Below, one piece after another: positions 22,591 to 36,451 of a stretch of 64,000 nt of DNA (position 1 is the stretch's first letter; the number at the start of each line of letters is the position of its first letter). The translations under genes were made by a program, and so were the position numbers. The DNA lies in assembly GCF_004010195.1 (NCBI RefSeq), contig NW_025215357.1, positions 1,486-65,485 on the forward strand, given 5' to 3'. The stretch is from Chiloscyllium plagiosum (Eukaryota). The notes beneath the pieces are model-generated. The model was not told the origin of the DNA, ran no database searches, and saw only the letters and a program-made list of their open reading frames with translations.

Positions 22591-24440
22591 ATTCATTAAT
22601 TCAGCCCAGAGCTCAAATCCTGATCAAAGCTACCATTCAAACCTGTTGATCCTTTTCCATTATTGCTACTTTTTGTCATATTCTAGCTGATCTCTAGATG
22701 ATCTAGTTGAAATATGCCTTCGCACAGCTCACACATGACATGGCACATGCTGCAGGAACTGTGAATTTACCTGGTTGAAGAAAAAGGTGTGCAAAGTAGA
22801 TGTAGGGCCTAAATCCCAACATTGGCTGTACCTTGATTTCTTTGCCACAAACCTTCAAAGATTGCAGAAGATTCTGAATTGGCCTGATTTGTTCAAGTCC
22901 TTTTCAATGACCAAATTTCACACTCTCCAGTTACTCTATGTACTTTGCATGGCATCAACATACCCTAAATACAATGAATTGCAAAGTATAATCTGTTGTG
23001 CAGGAGTTAACAAATTGGTTGTCGTGTTGTGTAATTGTAGCCCTTGAGACAAGGTAAGCAGTGCTCAGTTTTAGCCACTTAATTATCTAGTTCCATTTTA
23101 TGGCAACCCATTTCCATTCTCATGTTCAAAAAAGATGGTGTTATACAAAGCATTTACAAAAAGAGATCCAAGCTGAAGAAAACAAAAACCTGTCAAATGA
23201 CATTATTCTGTGCTTTCTTCGTCATTTTTCATTTAGTCTATATGACAGTCTTGTGAAGGCAATTTCTACTGTCATCGCTAGTTCGGGAAATTAAAGTGTA
23301 AAACTCTACAGATACTTCCATGTTCATGCCCAGGAAGTGCTACTTCATTATGGAATGTTTTATGATGGTGTATTTTAAAAATATCTTTCTTACAAAATTA
23401 AGTCAAAATGAATTATGATGACGTCATATCAAAATGAGTGACGATAATAGTCTTTTGTTATATAGCTTGTTTCCTGTCTTGTTGTTGAGTCCCACAGAGG
23501 TTTCAGAGTAAATTTGGAGTGTGACATTAACCTGTTAAGAGGGTCCCCTGTGGTGCAGGTTGGTCTTAATTAGGTTGGTACAATTGGTCAGCATGCTCCT
23601 GAATAGGAAGGAAATAGATCAGTCCAATTCCTGTTGCTAATGATGACCCTGATGGAAAATGGTCACTTTTTGATTCAAATTACAAGAGTTTGAGTTCTTC
23701 CTTTTTATTTCTTAGTAAATGCAAATATTAATTTTTCCATTAGGTAAGTTGGCCCATGCTATGTTACATCATAAATGCTTTCAGATCATTTAATTATATT
23801 GGACTTGTTTTACTTCTTTTGTGGGTAAACCACTTGTGGCCCAGTTGTTTTCATGACAGTGACTATGTTGTTGTGAATTCAAGTAATTCTTGACTGTCTG
23901 GATTTTGGTATTGACTTACATTGAAGAACAAAGCCTGAGGGCAGAAAGGGAAGAAGGACTACTAGATTTTTCCAGCCGTGAGTTGGAGATAGTTTAGATC
24001 ATCCTGAGATAAAGTCACATACGTGAGGGATGCATAGTATACCCAAAATACTTTACGTCGCAAGTCATTACATCTTTGCTTATGGCTGCTGATCATATCA
24101 TTACTTGGCATGTGGTAACTATGGTAATGCCGCAACTTAGTCTATCATATTTAGTTGCCAAGAGACCTATTTTAGTCATTATGTTTGTAATAGAGATAAA
24201 TATTATTTTCCTTCTGGACGATAAATCAGTGGAAAATGTCTATTTTTGTTTTTAAAACAACAGAATTTGACAGTTTCCCTTCTGATAATGATTGTAAAGT
24301 TCTCCAAAATTGATTACCAACATTGTTAGCAGCTTTCTCTATCACACCAGCAATCCAATGTATGAAAGAGAAGCAGCTCATTATAACCAATGTGGCATTG
24401 ATTTTAGATATTTTAAACAACCTGTTTAGACATTGTTATG

Positions 24441-26651
24441 ACATAGAACATAGAACATAGAAAAGCACAGTACAAAACAGGCCGTTCAGCCCACAATGTT
24501 GTGCCGAGGATTATTCCTAATCTAAAATAAAATAACCTAACTACACACCTCTCAACTCACTGCTATCCATGTACATGTCCGGCAGTCGCTTAAATGTGCC
24601 TAATGACTCTGCTTCCACCACCACAGCTGGCAACGCATTCCATGCATTTACAACTCTCTGTGTAAGCAACCTACCTCTGACATCCCCTCTATACCTTCCT
24701 CCTAACAGGTATAGAGTCAATCCTGCCCTGGGGAAAATTCTCTGGCTATCGACTCTATCCATGCCTCTCATTACCTTGTATACCTCATTCAGGTCAATTC
24801 TCCTCCTCCTTCTCTCCAGAGAGAAAAGTCCGAGCTTCGTCAACCTCTCTTCGTAAGACAAGCCTTCCAGTCCAGGCAGCATCCTAGTAAACCTTCTTTG
24901 CACCCTCTCCAAAGCCTCCGAATCTTTCCTATAGTAGGGCGACCAGAACTGGACACAATATTCCAAGTGTAGTCTCACTAGGGTCTTGTTGAGCTGCAGC
25001 AAAACCTTGCAGCACTTAAACTTGATGTCCCTGTTAATGAAAGCCAAAACAACATATGCTTTCTTAACAACCCTATCGACTTAAGTAGCAACTTTGAGGA
25101 ATGTATGCACTTGAACACCAAGATCCCGTGGTTCCTCCACACTGCCAAGAATCCTGTCTTTAATCCTATATTCAGCATTCAAGTTTGATTTTCCAAAATG
25201 CATCACTTCACATTTACCCAGGTTGAACCCCATCTGCCATTTCTCAGCCCAGCTCTGCATCCTGTCTATGTCGTGCTGCAGCCTGCAAAAGACCTCAATA
25301 CTATCAATGGCACCTCCAACCTTTGTGTCATCTGCAAATTTAACTAACATACCCCTCAACCTCCTCATCCAAGTCACTTATAAAAACTACAAAGAGCAGA
25401 GGCCCAAGAACAGAGCCCTGCGGGACCCCACTCAACACTGACCTCCAGGCAGAATACTTTCCATCTACAATCACTCTCTGCCTTCTGTCAGCCAACCAAT
25501 TTTGAATTCAGACAGCCACATCTCCATGTATCTCATACCTCCTGACTTTATGAATGAGCCTACCATGGGGAAACTTATCAAATGCCTGATGAAGTCCATA
25601 TACACCGCATCCACTGCTCGATCTTCTTCGACCTGTCTTGTTACTTCCTCAAAGAAGTCAGTAAGATTTGTGAGGCATGACCTGCCCTCACAAAGCCATT
25701 CTGACTGCCTTTAATCACACTATGCTTTTCCAAATAGTCATAAATCCTATCCCTCAGAATTATTTCCAAAACCTTGCTAACCACAGACATAAGACTAACT
25801 GGTCTGTAATTGCCAGGGATTTCCCTATTACCCTTCTTGAAAAGAGGAACAACATTTGCCTCCTTCCAATCCTCTGGTACGACTCCCATGGAGAGTGAGG
25901 AGGCAAATACCCTTGCCAATGGCTTAGCAACATTTTTTTTCGCTTCTCGGAGCAGCCTAGGGTAAATCTGGTCTGTCCCTGGAGACTTATCAATCTTAAT
26001 GTTTGCCAAAATTTCTAGCACATCAACTTCTTTAATCTTGATCTGTTCAAGCCTATTTCCCAGCTACTCAAAGTTCTCATTCACAGCAAGGTCCCTTTCC
26101 TTACTGAAAACCGAAGCAAAAAAGTCATTTAAGGCTTCCCCTATCTACTCAGACTCCACGCTACACTATCCCTGACGGGCCCTACCTTCTTGCTGATCAT
26201 TCTCTTATTCCTCATGTATGAGTAAAATGCCTTTGGGTTCTCCCTAATCCTTCCCACCAAGCCTTTTCGTACCCCCTCCTGGTTCTCCTCAGTCCATTTC
26301 TGAGCTCCTTTCTCGTAAGCCTGTAATCCTTTAAAGCTGTGCTAGATCCTTGCTACATCCAAAATATGTAAGCTGCCTTCTTCCTTTTGATGAGAAGCTC
26401 CTCTGTTCTCATCATCCAAGACTCCTTAATCTTATCTCTTATTGCCTGTCTCAGAGGAACAAATTTATGCATCACTCGCAACAACTGCTCCTTAAACAGT
26501 CTCCACAGGTCTGTTGTGCCCTTTCTGTGGAACAATTGCTCCCAATCTGTACTTCCCAACTCCTGTCTGATAGCGTCATAATTTTCTTTTCCCCAATTAA
26601 ATATCTTCCCATGGTAACTGCTCCTTTCCCTCTCCATGGCTATGGTAAATG
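24441..26651 (-). mobile_element. CR1/HER1-type LINE, 5'-truncated, frameshifted ORF2
   Basis: ORFs 24541-25047, 25081-25377 (KFADDTK), 25641-26021 (PGNYRPVSL) and 26353-26650; (acataga)n tail at 24441. Confidence 0.95.
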
Positions 26652-26990
26652 TGAAGAAGAGCTCATGCCCGAAACGTTGATTCACCTGCTCCTTGGATGC
26701 TGCCTGACCTGCTGCGTTTTTCCAGCAACACATTTTCAGTACATGGGAGGCTGAAGGCTGTGCAAGAAGCTAGGTATAGTTGCCTGCAAAGGGATCTAAT
26801 AAAAAGTAAGGACTGCAGATGCTGGAGATCAGAGTCGATAGTGTGGTGCTGGAAAGGCACAGCAGGTCTGGCAGCATCCGGGGACCAGGAGAAGCGATGT
26901 TTCGGGCAAGAGTCCTTCATCAAGAATGAGGCTTGTGGGCTGGGGGATTGAGAGATAAATGGGAGGGGGCTGGGATTGGGGAAGAAAAAG
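26652..26990. mobile_element. Two convergent Penelope-derived fragments (26652-26739 on +, 26803-26990 on -)
   Basis: Same family as 18790-19088 and 36033-36451. Confidence 0.75.
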
Positions 26991-27929
26991 GGCAAAGGGA
27001 CAGTTTCCTTGACCAAATGGTGGTGCAGCGTATGTGTGTGCGTGTGTGTAGGAACGCATTGCTGGTCAGAGGGAGTTCCACAGGTTTGACCCAGCAACAG
27101 TGAAGCTACTTCGATATAGTTCCAAATCAGATTGATGTGTTACTTACAACAACTTGCACGTGGTAGTATTCCCAAGAACAGCAGCAGTTGTCCTTCTAGA
27201 TAGTAGAAGTCATAAGTCTGGAAGGTGGTGTCAATGAAATTTTGACAAGTTGCTGCTGTTGTAGATGGTGGAAAGAGTTTGAGGTGTTAAGGGTAAGTTA
27301 CTGACAGTAGAATGCTCAGCCTCAAACTTGCTCTTACACCACAGTATTGCACAAAATGTATTAGTTTCCTTTCTCCTCTTTATTTTTCTCTCTTATGACC
27401 TTTGGGGCTGTAAATATCACTGAAGTGTAAAATTCCAACATTTAAAATATTTAACATAATTTGAATCATTCCTTGAATTCAACATAATCTCACCATGACA
27501 AAATGTTCCATAAGTTGCCTGGAAATGCTTTCCACTAATGACTGTGAATTTCTTTTAACCATCAACACGTTTTGAATTGTTGCTGAAGGCTGCAGATGAA
27601 CGCTGCTGCAAAATATGTTCACAATTTAATAGAAGTCCTATTTTTGCACATAGTTTGCCAAAATATTCAAAATGTTCAAGTGGAACATTTCATTTGAAAG
27701 ATTGACTCCAGAAAATCAACATGCACTTGAAAAATTCTTTCCATTAAAAGATCTCTAATATTTTCCAAGCAAATATACTTGATTTTACGATCAATAACAG
27801 GCAACGAGAAAATAAAAGTCCAAGTTAAACGAAATGGAATTCTTCAGCCTTTGTCAATTAAAACTAAGAAATATAAAGAAAGACTGAGCATGTGCAAGCT
27901 GAATCCTCCTCTAGGCTCAAATAAAAAAT

Positions 27930-28775
27930 AGAGTTGCAGATGATATAAAACTTTGGAAAATTATAAACTGTGAAGAGGACAGTATAGTACTTCAACAGGA
28001 CATTGAGAAATCAGGCAGATAGTTGCAGATGAAGTTCAATGCAGAGAGGTGTGAGGTGATACACTTTGATACACAGATGTTGGAAAGACTGTATAATGTG
28101 AGCTTGTGGTACCAATGGTAGAATATCAGAAATTTGTGCATTCAAATCACATCAGGTTCACTGAGTTTCATTATAGCTCAAATTCCAGGATTTTGTGGCT
28201 CTTTGTGCAGCAATTATAGTATCCCCCATTTCTGGGCCATAACACTATGAGTTCAAGTTCCACCTGGCGCAGAGGTATATAATAACCTCCTTGAACAGGT
28301 TTCTTAAAAATTTCTAGAAAAAAAGGCTGTGCAGGATAAAAAGACCTGTGTGTAGTTGTGCATAAGTCACTAAAGGTGGCAGTACAGGTAGAGAGCGCTT
28401 CATACAACATCCAGTATTCTCGGCTTCTTTGAAATGGACATGGAGCATAAAAGCAGGAAGGTCATGATGAACTTATATAGGACACTGGTTAGACCTCAGC
28501 TTGTGTCTAGTGTGCTGTTCTGGGTGGCTTACTTTCGGAAGGATGTAAATACATTGGAGAGGGTTCAGTTGAGGTTCATGAGAATGGATCCAGGGCTGAG
28601 AAAGTTCAGTTATCAGAATAGAGTGGAAAAGTTGTGACTATTTTCTTTGGAGATGAAAAGGCTAAGAAGAGATTTGAAAGACCTTTTTAGGAGCATGAAA
28701 GGTCTGGATAGAGTAGATAGTAAAAAACTATTCCTGCATATAAAAGGATTGAGAGGATTAGGGTTACGGTTAAAC
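27930..28775 (+). mobile_element. Old CR1 fragment interrupted by a short tRNA-like SINE (about 28100-28320)
   Basis: ORFs 28434-28637 (LYRTLVRPQL...ERVQLRFMRM) and 28647-28856. Confidence 0.75.
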
Positions 28776-30473
28776 TGTTTGCTTGATACTGATATAAAAC
28801 GTATACTTAGGTTTGTAGAAAAAAAAGCTTTTAATCCTATTAGCTTGTGTCATTAATCCAGGAAACACATCAAAGCTGCAATTTCTTATTAAGACTTTTC
28901 TTAATGTTGTCTTACATTCTTAGAAGAATGTAACAACTACTCAGCTGAAACTTATTGGCTCTTGAAACTCACTGAAGCATTGCTAATAGTTATATTAATG
29001 CCAAGATATTGGACTGCTCTAAAGAAAAGGATAAGTACTCAATTCAATTTAAAGCAAACTGCCTGCTAATCTAGGCAGGGAAGCAAATGGTTAATTTTTT
29101 TAAGTGGCAAAACTGGCCTTTTTTAAATGAACTTGAGACACTTACATCACAGTTGAAAACATGTCAGCACAGCGTGACAAAACATTTTAATACATTTTTC
29201 ATTGCATCATGGTGCTTTCTCCATTGGAAAAGTACTGTAATGCATGTGAATAAATTCACAAGGTCTGCCAATGTAAGGGTCAACTTACCTTTAAAACACA
29301 GATTGATATGATGTTTCATTAGGATACATCAAAAATGTATGTACATTACAACAGAGCACTTCATATAGCATTTTAAGACATGAAAACACTTTCCACTTAC
29401 CATTCAGAATATTCTAAACTCTTCCCCAGGGCTTTCCATTTCCTTCACAAACTACCAATCCTGGTGCGCTTTTAAGGGGCTTTCAAAACCTTGTGCTACT
29501 AGATAAAAAGCGCTGTGCAGGAGGAAATCTGATTTTTTTTTGTTCCCCATTTGAAATGTGGAACCCAACCTTGGAGCGTCATGTGTGCATTTTCTACATG
29601 AAGTATTCCCAACCTGCAAAATGGCTAGAGGAAAATGTCATGGGGTTTGGAAATACAGGGGAAAATAGTATTTCCTCATAAATAAAAAAAACTAAACATG
29701 GCCATTTGTGCATTGCAATATGATTTCAATCTCTGGCAAATATTGGGCTGAAATGTGTACTATTGCATTGTAATCTGGAACTAATTTGGAAGTTCAATTG
29801 ATAAACATAACTGACCAGATGCTCTTCTGTGCGACAATGTACCCATGGTCATTTAAGTAGTTAATCAGTGTTTAGTAATGAAGTGTAGGAGTAGAGAGGC
29901 TGTACGCCTGTTGATCAAGTACAGAAAGTTCTGGATTACAGCCCACACGCTGTATGTATTGTAAATTCCCTTCTTGCAGTAGGAATGACTGCCACTGATT
30001 TGGCCCTTATTGTTGAACTCTTGCTTGTCAGTTGAAGTTCACACAGATTTTTCACCAGGCCTGCCCAGAAAACTGTCTCCTCCAACTTCCTGTGGACTTG
30101 CGTAATATTTCCTTGCTTCTTGCATAACCATGATTTCTGGCTGGATTGCTGTCCAAGTCCTATTTGTGAATTACAAAAGTGTAGACACCAGTAAACAATG
30201 AAACACCGCACGGTTATTTTACGACAGAGGATTATATTTACATTAAAGAAAATTCTGGTCATTTCAAATGAATGAACAAAGGCTGAAGTTTGATGTTATC
30301 CGAATGGAACGTTAAACTTGACACGTACCATGTTGTTTAGGATTGAAACAATGTTTCAAAGTTACAAAGTATAAAGTGCCAGCAGTTTTTGTGTCACTTT
30401 TATCTATTACTCAAAAATAGCTTGCTGCATATAAATATGGAGCTTGTTAAACATATTTTTTTCCCTTTTGTTC

Positions 30474-30891
30474 TTAGAGTCATAGAGTCATAGAGATGTA
30501 CAGCATGGAAACAGACCCTTCGGTCCAACCCGTCCACGCTGACCAGCTATCCCAACTCAATCTAGTCCCACCTGCCAGCACCCGGCCCATATCCCTCCAA
30601 ACCCTTCCTATTCATATACCCATCCAAATGCCTTTTAAATGTTGCAATTGTACCAGTCTCCACCACTTCCTCTGGCAGCTCATTTCCATACACGTAACAC
30701 ACTGTGTGTGAAAACGTTGCCCCTTAGGGCTCTTTTATATCTTTTCCCCTCTCACCTTAAACCTATGCCCTCTAGTTCTGGACTCCCCGACCCCAGGGAA
30801 AAGACTTTGCCTATTTACCCTATTCCATGCCCCTCATGATTTTATAAACCTCTATAAGGTCACCCCTCAGCCTCTGACACTCCAGGGAAAA
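30474..30891 (-). mobile_element. CR1/HER1-type LINE 3' end
   Basis: Highly similar to 21419-21830; (catagagt)n tail. Confidence 0.9.
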
Positions 30892-33800
30892 TATCTTCTG
30901 GTTATTAAAAAAGAATGCAGATCATGTTTTTTTTTAACATAACCAAAATGACATGGAATTGGGGCAGTAATTCAGAGCATCAACATTCCAACAAAGCAAT
31001 AGTATTTTGATTCCCATGGTGCAAATTACTGAAATCTGGTGGTTGGTTGAACTGATGATAATAAATTCCTAATGTTCCACGCTATGGATCTTAATCGTAT
31101 CACATTGGTGATGGGAATGACAAAGTTAGCATCCTCCATTTTTTTCTGATGCAGCCATTCTTCAATGTTGGCTTGTGGTCACACATCTTTCCTGTACTTT
31201 AAGGGGTTAAGTCTGATTGTGTGATATAATAAAGAGACTCAGTTTGCATCATCACAATGTCACATGATCTTGCACTCTTTGGTATGCGGAATGAAATATA
31301 TCAGTTGTTGAGTCATCAGGTTTGAAGATAATATACATGAATTTACAAAGAGGTCTATGACTATGCAAATAATCATATTCAAAACATTATAACAGTGCAC
31401 AAAAGGTATGCCAAAAGCATTATTTCATGTTTGTTTCAATTTTTATTGATGTTTGATCAGAGGCAATGGATGATGATAGATTACAGGTAGTTTACAACAA
31501 TGTTGAATTTAGTTCAGTTATAGTGGAAGATATTTCAGCTGGTTCGTCCAGAAACTGTCTTCATTTTATCGTACTTGTTTTCCAAGTAGAAATTGCATAT
31601 ATAGGTTGCAATATATCATTGTCTTTGTTATAATCAAATCTCTGACCAGTTCTATCCAGGGGATGAATATTGACCAAACATTTAACTGGAAAAGCCATAT
31701 AAGCACTATTGCTAGAAAAGCAGGTTAAAGGCTAGAATATAGTAGCGAGTAACTAATATCCTGGCTCCTGAAAATCAGTTCAAATCTATAAGAGACAACT
31801 TGAGAGCGTGATGGAATATTCTCCACTTGCTAGATTGAGGGCAACTCCAACAATATTTGAGAAGCTTTATACAATTCATGACAAAGCAACTGACTTGATC
31901 AGTACCTGTACATATTCTTCAAAATTTGTCACCTCCATCATTAGCACAATGTGGCTGCAGTGTGCATGATCGACAACATACACTGGAACTTGTCAATATT
32001 TCTTTGATTGCACCTCCCAAACACGTGATCTACACAGGTAGGAGGACATGAACGCAACTTTGAAATCCTTCAGTGGCTTTGTCACATGGCAGCTTGAAGA
32101 TTTCTTTCAGTCCTCACTGCCATCCAGCAGCCTTGTTAACCAATTCTTTCAGTCCAAACTTGGCAGATTCTCATTCCATCACTCACCTCCTGGACTTCAC
32201 TTCCGAGTTCTTTCTGCCTGACCGCTTTCCTTCTTCTCTCCTTTTTGTTTCAGTAGCTCCACAAAATAACACCAACATGCAGCATGCTTCATGTAGAGAA
32301 AGGTCACAAGTTACTGCACAGAAGCAAATTCAACAAAAATGGAAAGATTAGGAATAATGATCAAATATCTCATCTCACGGTTGGCTTTCATCAGGGCAGA
32401 TTTAGGAGGAAGAGGAAAATGGGGATATCGAGTTAATGAGAGAAAGAGAGTTACAGATAATGGTTGGGTTCAGTTTTCCAGTGTTACTATTCTTTTTCAT
32501 CCCAGGCACTCACTTTTATCCTTCATAATGCAAAGCACTGGATGTGTTCTCCTGTACGTGAGAAACTTGGTAGAAACACAAATTATTGTTACCTCCATCA
32601 CAGCACTGCAGGAATATCAAAATGTTTAAGAAAGTTGAATGAAATTTGTTTTGAAATTGTGCAGAGGCTCTACTGGTCTGCTAACATTAGGAGTTACCCG
32701 TGGAACTTTAGTGTTTGTACTTTCAATGAGTGAAATATCTGGTATTTTTCTGCAAAACATAGGCGTAAATCTTTAAAATAATGCTGATTTACTTACAACA
32801 GTGTATCACCATTATTTCAATATTTTAATTCAGAAAAGTTAAATTAATTTTAAGATACAAAACATAAGGAGACCCTTCATGTTTAATTGATGTTGCATAA
32901 TGAAGTCATTCTTGCATCAAAGATATTTGTTCTGCTTACCATTATCAGCAGAAATTGTAGCACTTCATGTTAGCAATTCCAGCCTTGGTGAAAATATGAG
33001 ACATCTGGAATGCGATCATCCAGCTCTTTATAATTCCAACATTGAAACAAACAGGCTGCAATAGTACAGCCAGAACCCCTGATGCAACTCTAGCTGTCAA
33101 TGTTAGCAATTTTAAGAGTTTTGACAGTTGATCCCTCAGAAATTGTACCTCTTTTTGGATTACTGAAACCAGCTGGTACAAATGATGGCATTACTCTCAA
33201 AACATCTGAAAGCTAACTCCTTTGGCAAAACAGCAGTGCCTCAGTACCGCACTGAAAGTGCAGTCAGTCTACATGATTTAGGGAGTCCTGGAGTGAGGTT
33301 TGACTTAACAGTCATCTATTTTAGAAGCTGACATTGATTTACATGTTTTTTGAATTTGCGATGCATCTTTTGATTGCAATTTTGCAGTTTCAAGACAGAA
33401 TGAAAAACATAATGAATTAAAAAAGGGCCCAACCATATTAATAATAACCTTAGCATTTAGCAAGTGACATTTGGCAAACCTGGATAAGGTTAGAATTGAT
33501 TTATCATGCATTAGTAATTTCTGCATTTGGCAATAATATAGTCAGTGACTTAAATTATCAAATCATTTGGCACTGAGAGTTGCAAATCAATTTTTGGGCT
33601 GAATGGATGGAATTTTAATCCCACTTTCTTCTCTTTGTGTTTCTCGGAGAATGGAGATAGTCATTGAACACTACTTAGATCGTATTGGAGATGTTTTTGA
33701 CTTCTCCTTGCCTGTCAATTATATTCTAAATGGAAACTGTAGGTCAGGATTTAAATCCATTCTGCATAGAAACCACATAAGAGAGGAGATAGCCATGTGG

Positions 33801-34909
33801 AATACACATCATTGAAGAAACAACATTTTCATCACTAGCATGACCTATATGATTGTTTCAGAGAGCACCTCTGAATCACAAACATACAAGGGCTTTCTCT
33901 GGCCAGACATACTCACCCATACCACATTCCCCTGTGGAATCTCTTGACCTCTCCGAACTTGCCCTTCTCAGCGTGTGTGTTTTCCTCAGTGATGCACTGA
34001 AGTCTGCATAACATGTTCAAATCCATTACTGAGGAACCATTCCAGCCATTCGATGCCAAGGACCTCGTGGTATGCTTGCCCACCTCTACCACATCAGTTG
34101 ACCCAACGTTAGGGTCAGAAGTCAAGCTTAACTTATTTACGTGAAGCCTGGAAGTTAAAGTAGTCGTGTAGGCAAGCCTCACACTCATTCATAGCTTTCT
34201 CACTCACACATCCAGTTGAAATCAGAACTATAGTCTCTTACTGCCATTAAAAAAGGCACCGTAGGTGTGGACTGTGTTACAAAGGAGATATTTTTCCGTA
34301 AAATGGTGAGCTGTAAACATACATCAGAGGTTGGAGTGCCTCTGAAAGTCGAAATATTTCTTGTTTACACCAGTCAGTACAGTAATCTTTATGTGGAATC
34401 ATGCATGTCAACCTAAGACAACTACAAGCAGGCCCTTTTTAAAATCAGATAAGCTCTTTCTTGGGCACTTGTTTACAACCAATAGGATAATTAGTTCTCT
34501 CTTATCTGTCGCTGACTGGAATCACTGTAGAACATCTGACACAGGCGCCTCCCTTGAATGGTTTGCCCTTTAAAATTAAAACCTGGAGTGGCACTCTATT
34601 CTACTGGAACTGGAGCAGCAGATGCACTGAATGTTCCCAGTTTTTATTGGAGTTTACACTGCATAAAATATTTCCATTTTAATTGTTTTATTCCTGTATG
34701 ATATACACTGCAGTGTATACCCAAATGAGTCAGAATTCACATGACACCAGGTTATAGTCCAACAGGTTCAGTTAAGATCACAAGCTTTTGAAGCACTGCT
34801 CCTTTGCCAGGTGAAAATGCAATATAGACTTCAGTGCAGTAGAGAGGAAATGCTACAGTGTTGGGGATGCTGGGATTGTCTTTTCTGCAGAAGGCTGAAT
34901 TTTTAACAA

Positions 34910-35225
34910 CTCATTCACAGGATATGGGTGTCACTGGTCAGGCCACCATTTATTGTCCATTACTAATTGCCTAGAGGGCAGTTCAGAATCAACCAACTTA
35001 CTGGTTTCTGGAGTCAAGTGGAGACATGACTAGGAAAGGCCAACAGTTTGCTTCCCTAAAGGTTTTGAACCAGATGCATTTTTTCTATTAATTGTTTCAT
35101 GGATATCATCAGATATTTATTGAATGCAAATTCCACATTTGACATATGAACATTTGAACCCAGGACCCCAGAAAATTACCTTGTCTCTGGATTAATATTC
35201 TAGAGATAATACCACCAAGCCATCA
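34910..35225 (-). mobile_element. tRNA-derived SINE, same family as 2706-3030
   Basis: Colinear similarity to 2706-3030. Confidence 0.7.
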
Positions 35226-35454
35226 CTTCCTGTTTTTGTAAATGAGTGCCCTTGCCAGAGGGAGGTCGGCAGAGTGAGAATGCTACACCCTGGGTTTCAG
35301 GTTTGCCATGGATTTCCATGGCAGCAGTCATGGTGCCTTCATTCCGCAGTGGCCTGCCGTGCCAACTGCATTTCAGTTACCTTGGAAAGCCAAAGGCTGG
35401 TCACTAGACATCAAAGTTATCTGCTCACCACATGACATGTGACTCCAATACATA

Positions 35455-35497
35455 ACCCACACGTGTGCGCACACACACAGACACACACGCACACACC
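35455..35497. repeat. Imperfect (CA)n microsatellite
   Basis: acccacacgtgtgcgcacacacacagacacacacgcacacacc. Confidence 0.8.
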
Positions 35498-36032
35498 ATG
35501 CTGACAATGAAAGCTATGCTGCCACTGCTAGTGTGATAGGGCAGGCCAACCTCACGCACATGAGAGGACAGTCTGTGCCAGCAGCTACACTGGAAGCAGC
35601 TGAGGAGCAGGAGTTAAGGGAAGGACTGCATTATGGTGCACCTGGTTGATGGGCATCAGCAAAGACAGTAGTAGAATAACAGGGTAGGAATGATGAATGC
35701 TGTCACCCTGAGGGAGATTGGTAGATTCATTGGAACATTGAAACCAGTACCATACTCCCAAGACAGTGACTCAGTAATTCTGGTAATCTATTGATCCTCT
35801 TTATGGGAGTAATTAGTGTTCTCCTATATGATGTTCCATCGAAATGCTCATTTCTGCGGCACTCATCCTTCACTCTATTTCAAAGGCTGTGTAAAGTATT
35901 ACAAGATAACCTGAGTAGATAAGGCAAGGTAGTAGCAGATTCAATGGTAATTTTCAAAAAGAAATTGAAAATAAACTTGTAACGGAAAAAAATGCCCTTT
36001 AGTAAAGTAAGCACAGGGGTAATGGGCTGAAC

Positions 36033-36451
36033 AGAGATTGTGTTGCTGGAAAAGCACAGCATGTCAGGCAGCATCCGAAGAGCAGGAAAATCGACGTTTT
36101 GGGCTAGAGCACTTCATCAGGAATGAGGCTGGGAGCCTCGGGGATGGAAAGATAAATGGGAGGGGGTTAGGGCTGAGGAGAAGGTAGCTGAGAGTGCAAT
36201 AGGTGGATGCAGGTGGGTGTAAGGATGATTTCCCACTCCATCCACCTATTGCACTCTCAGCTACATTTTTCCCAGCCCCCCACCCTCCCATTTATCTCTC
36301 CATCCCCGAGGTTTCCAGCCTCATTCCTGAAGAAGGGCTCTGGCCCGAAATGTCGATTTTCCTGCTCCTCGAATGCTGCCTGACCTGCTGTGCTTTTCCA
36401 GTAACAAACTCTCAACTCTGACCTGTAGCATCTGCAGACCTCACTGTCTCC
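36033..36451. mobile_element. Fold-back Penelope-derived element (arms of about 180 bp) with decayed hammerhead motifs
   Basis: About 36033-36216 is the reverse complement of about 36236-36415; CTGAAGA-agggc-tctg-gccc-GAAA-tGTC at 36327-36354. Confidence 0.8.
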
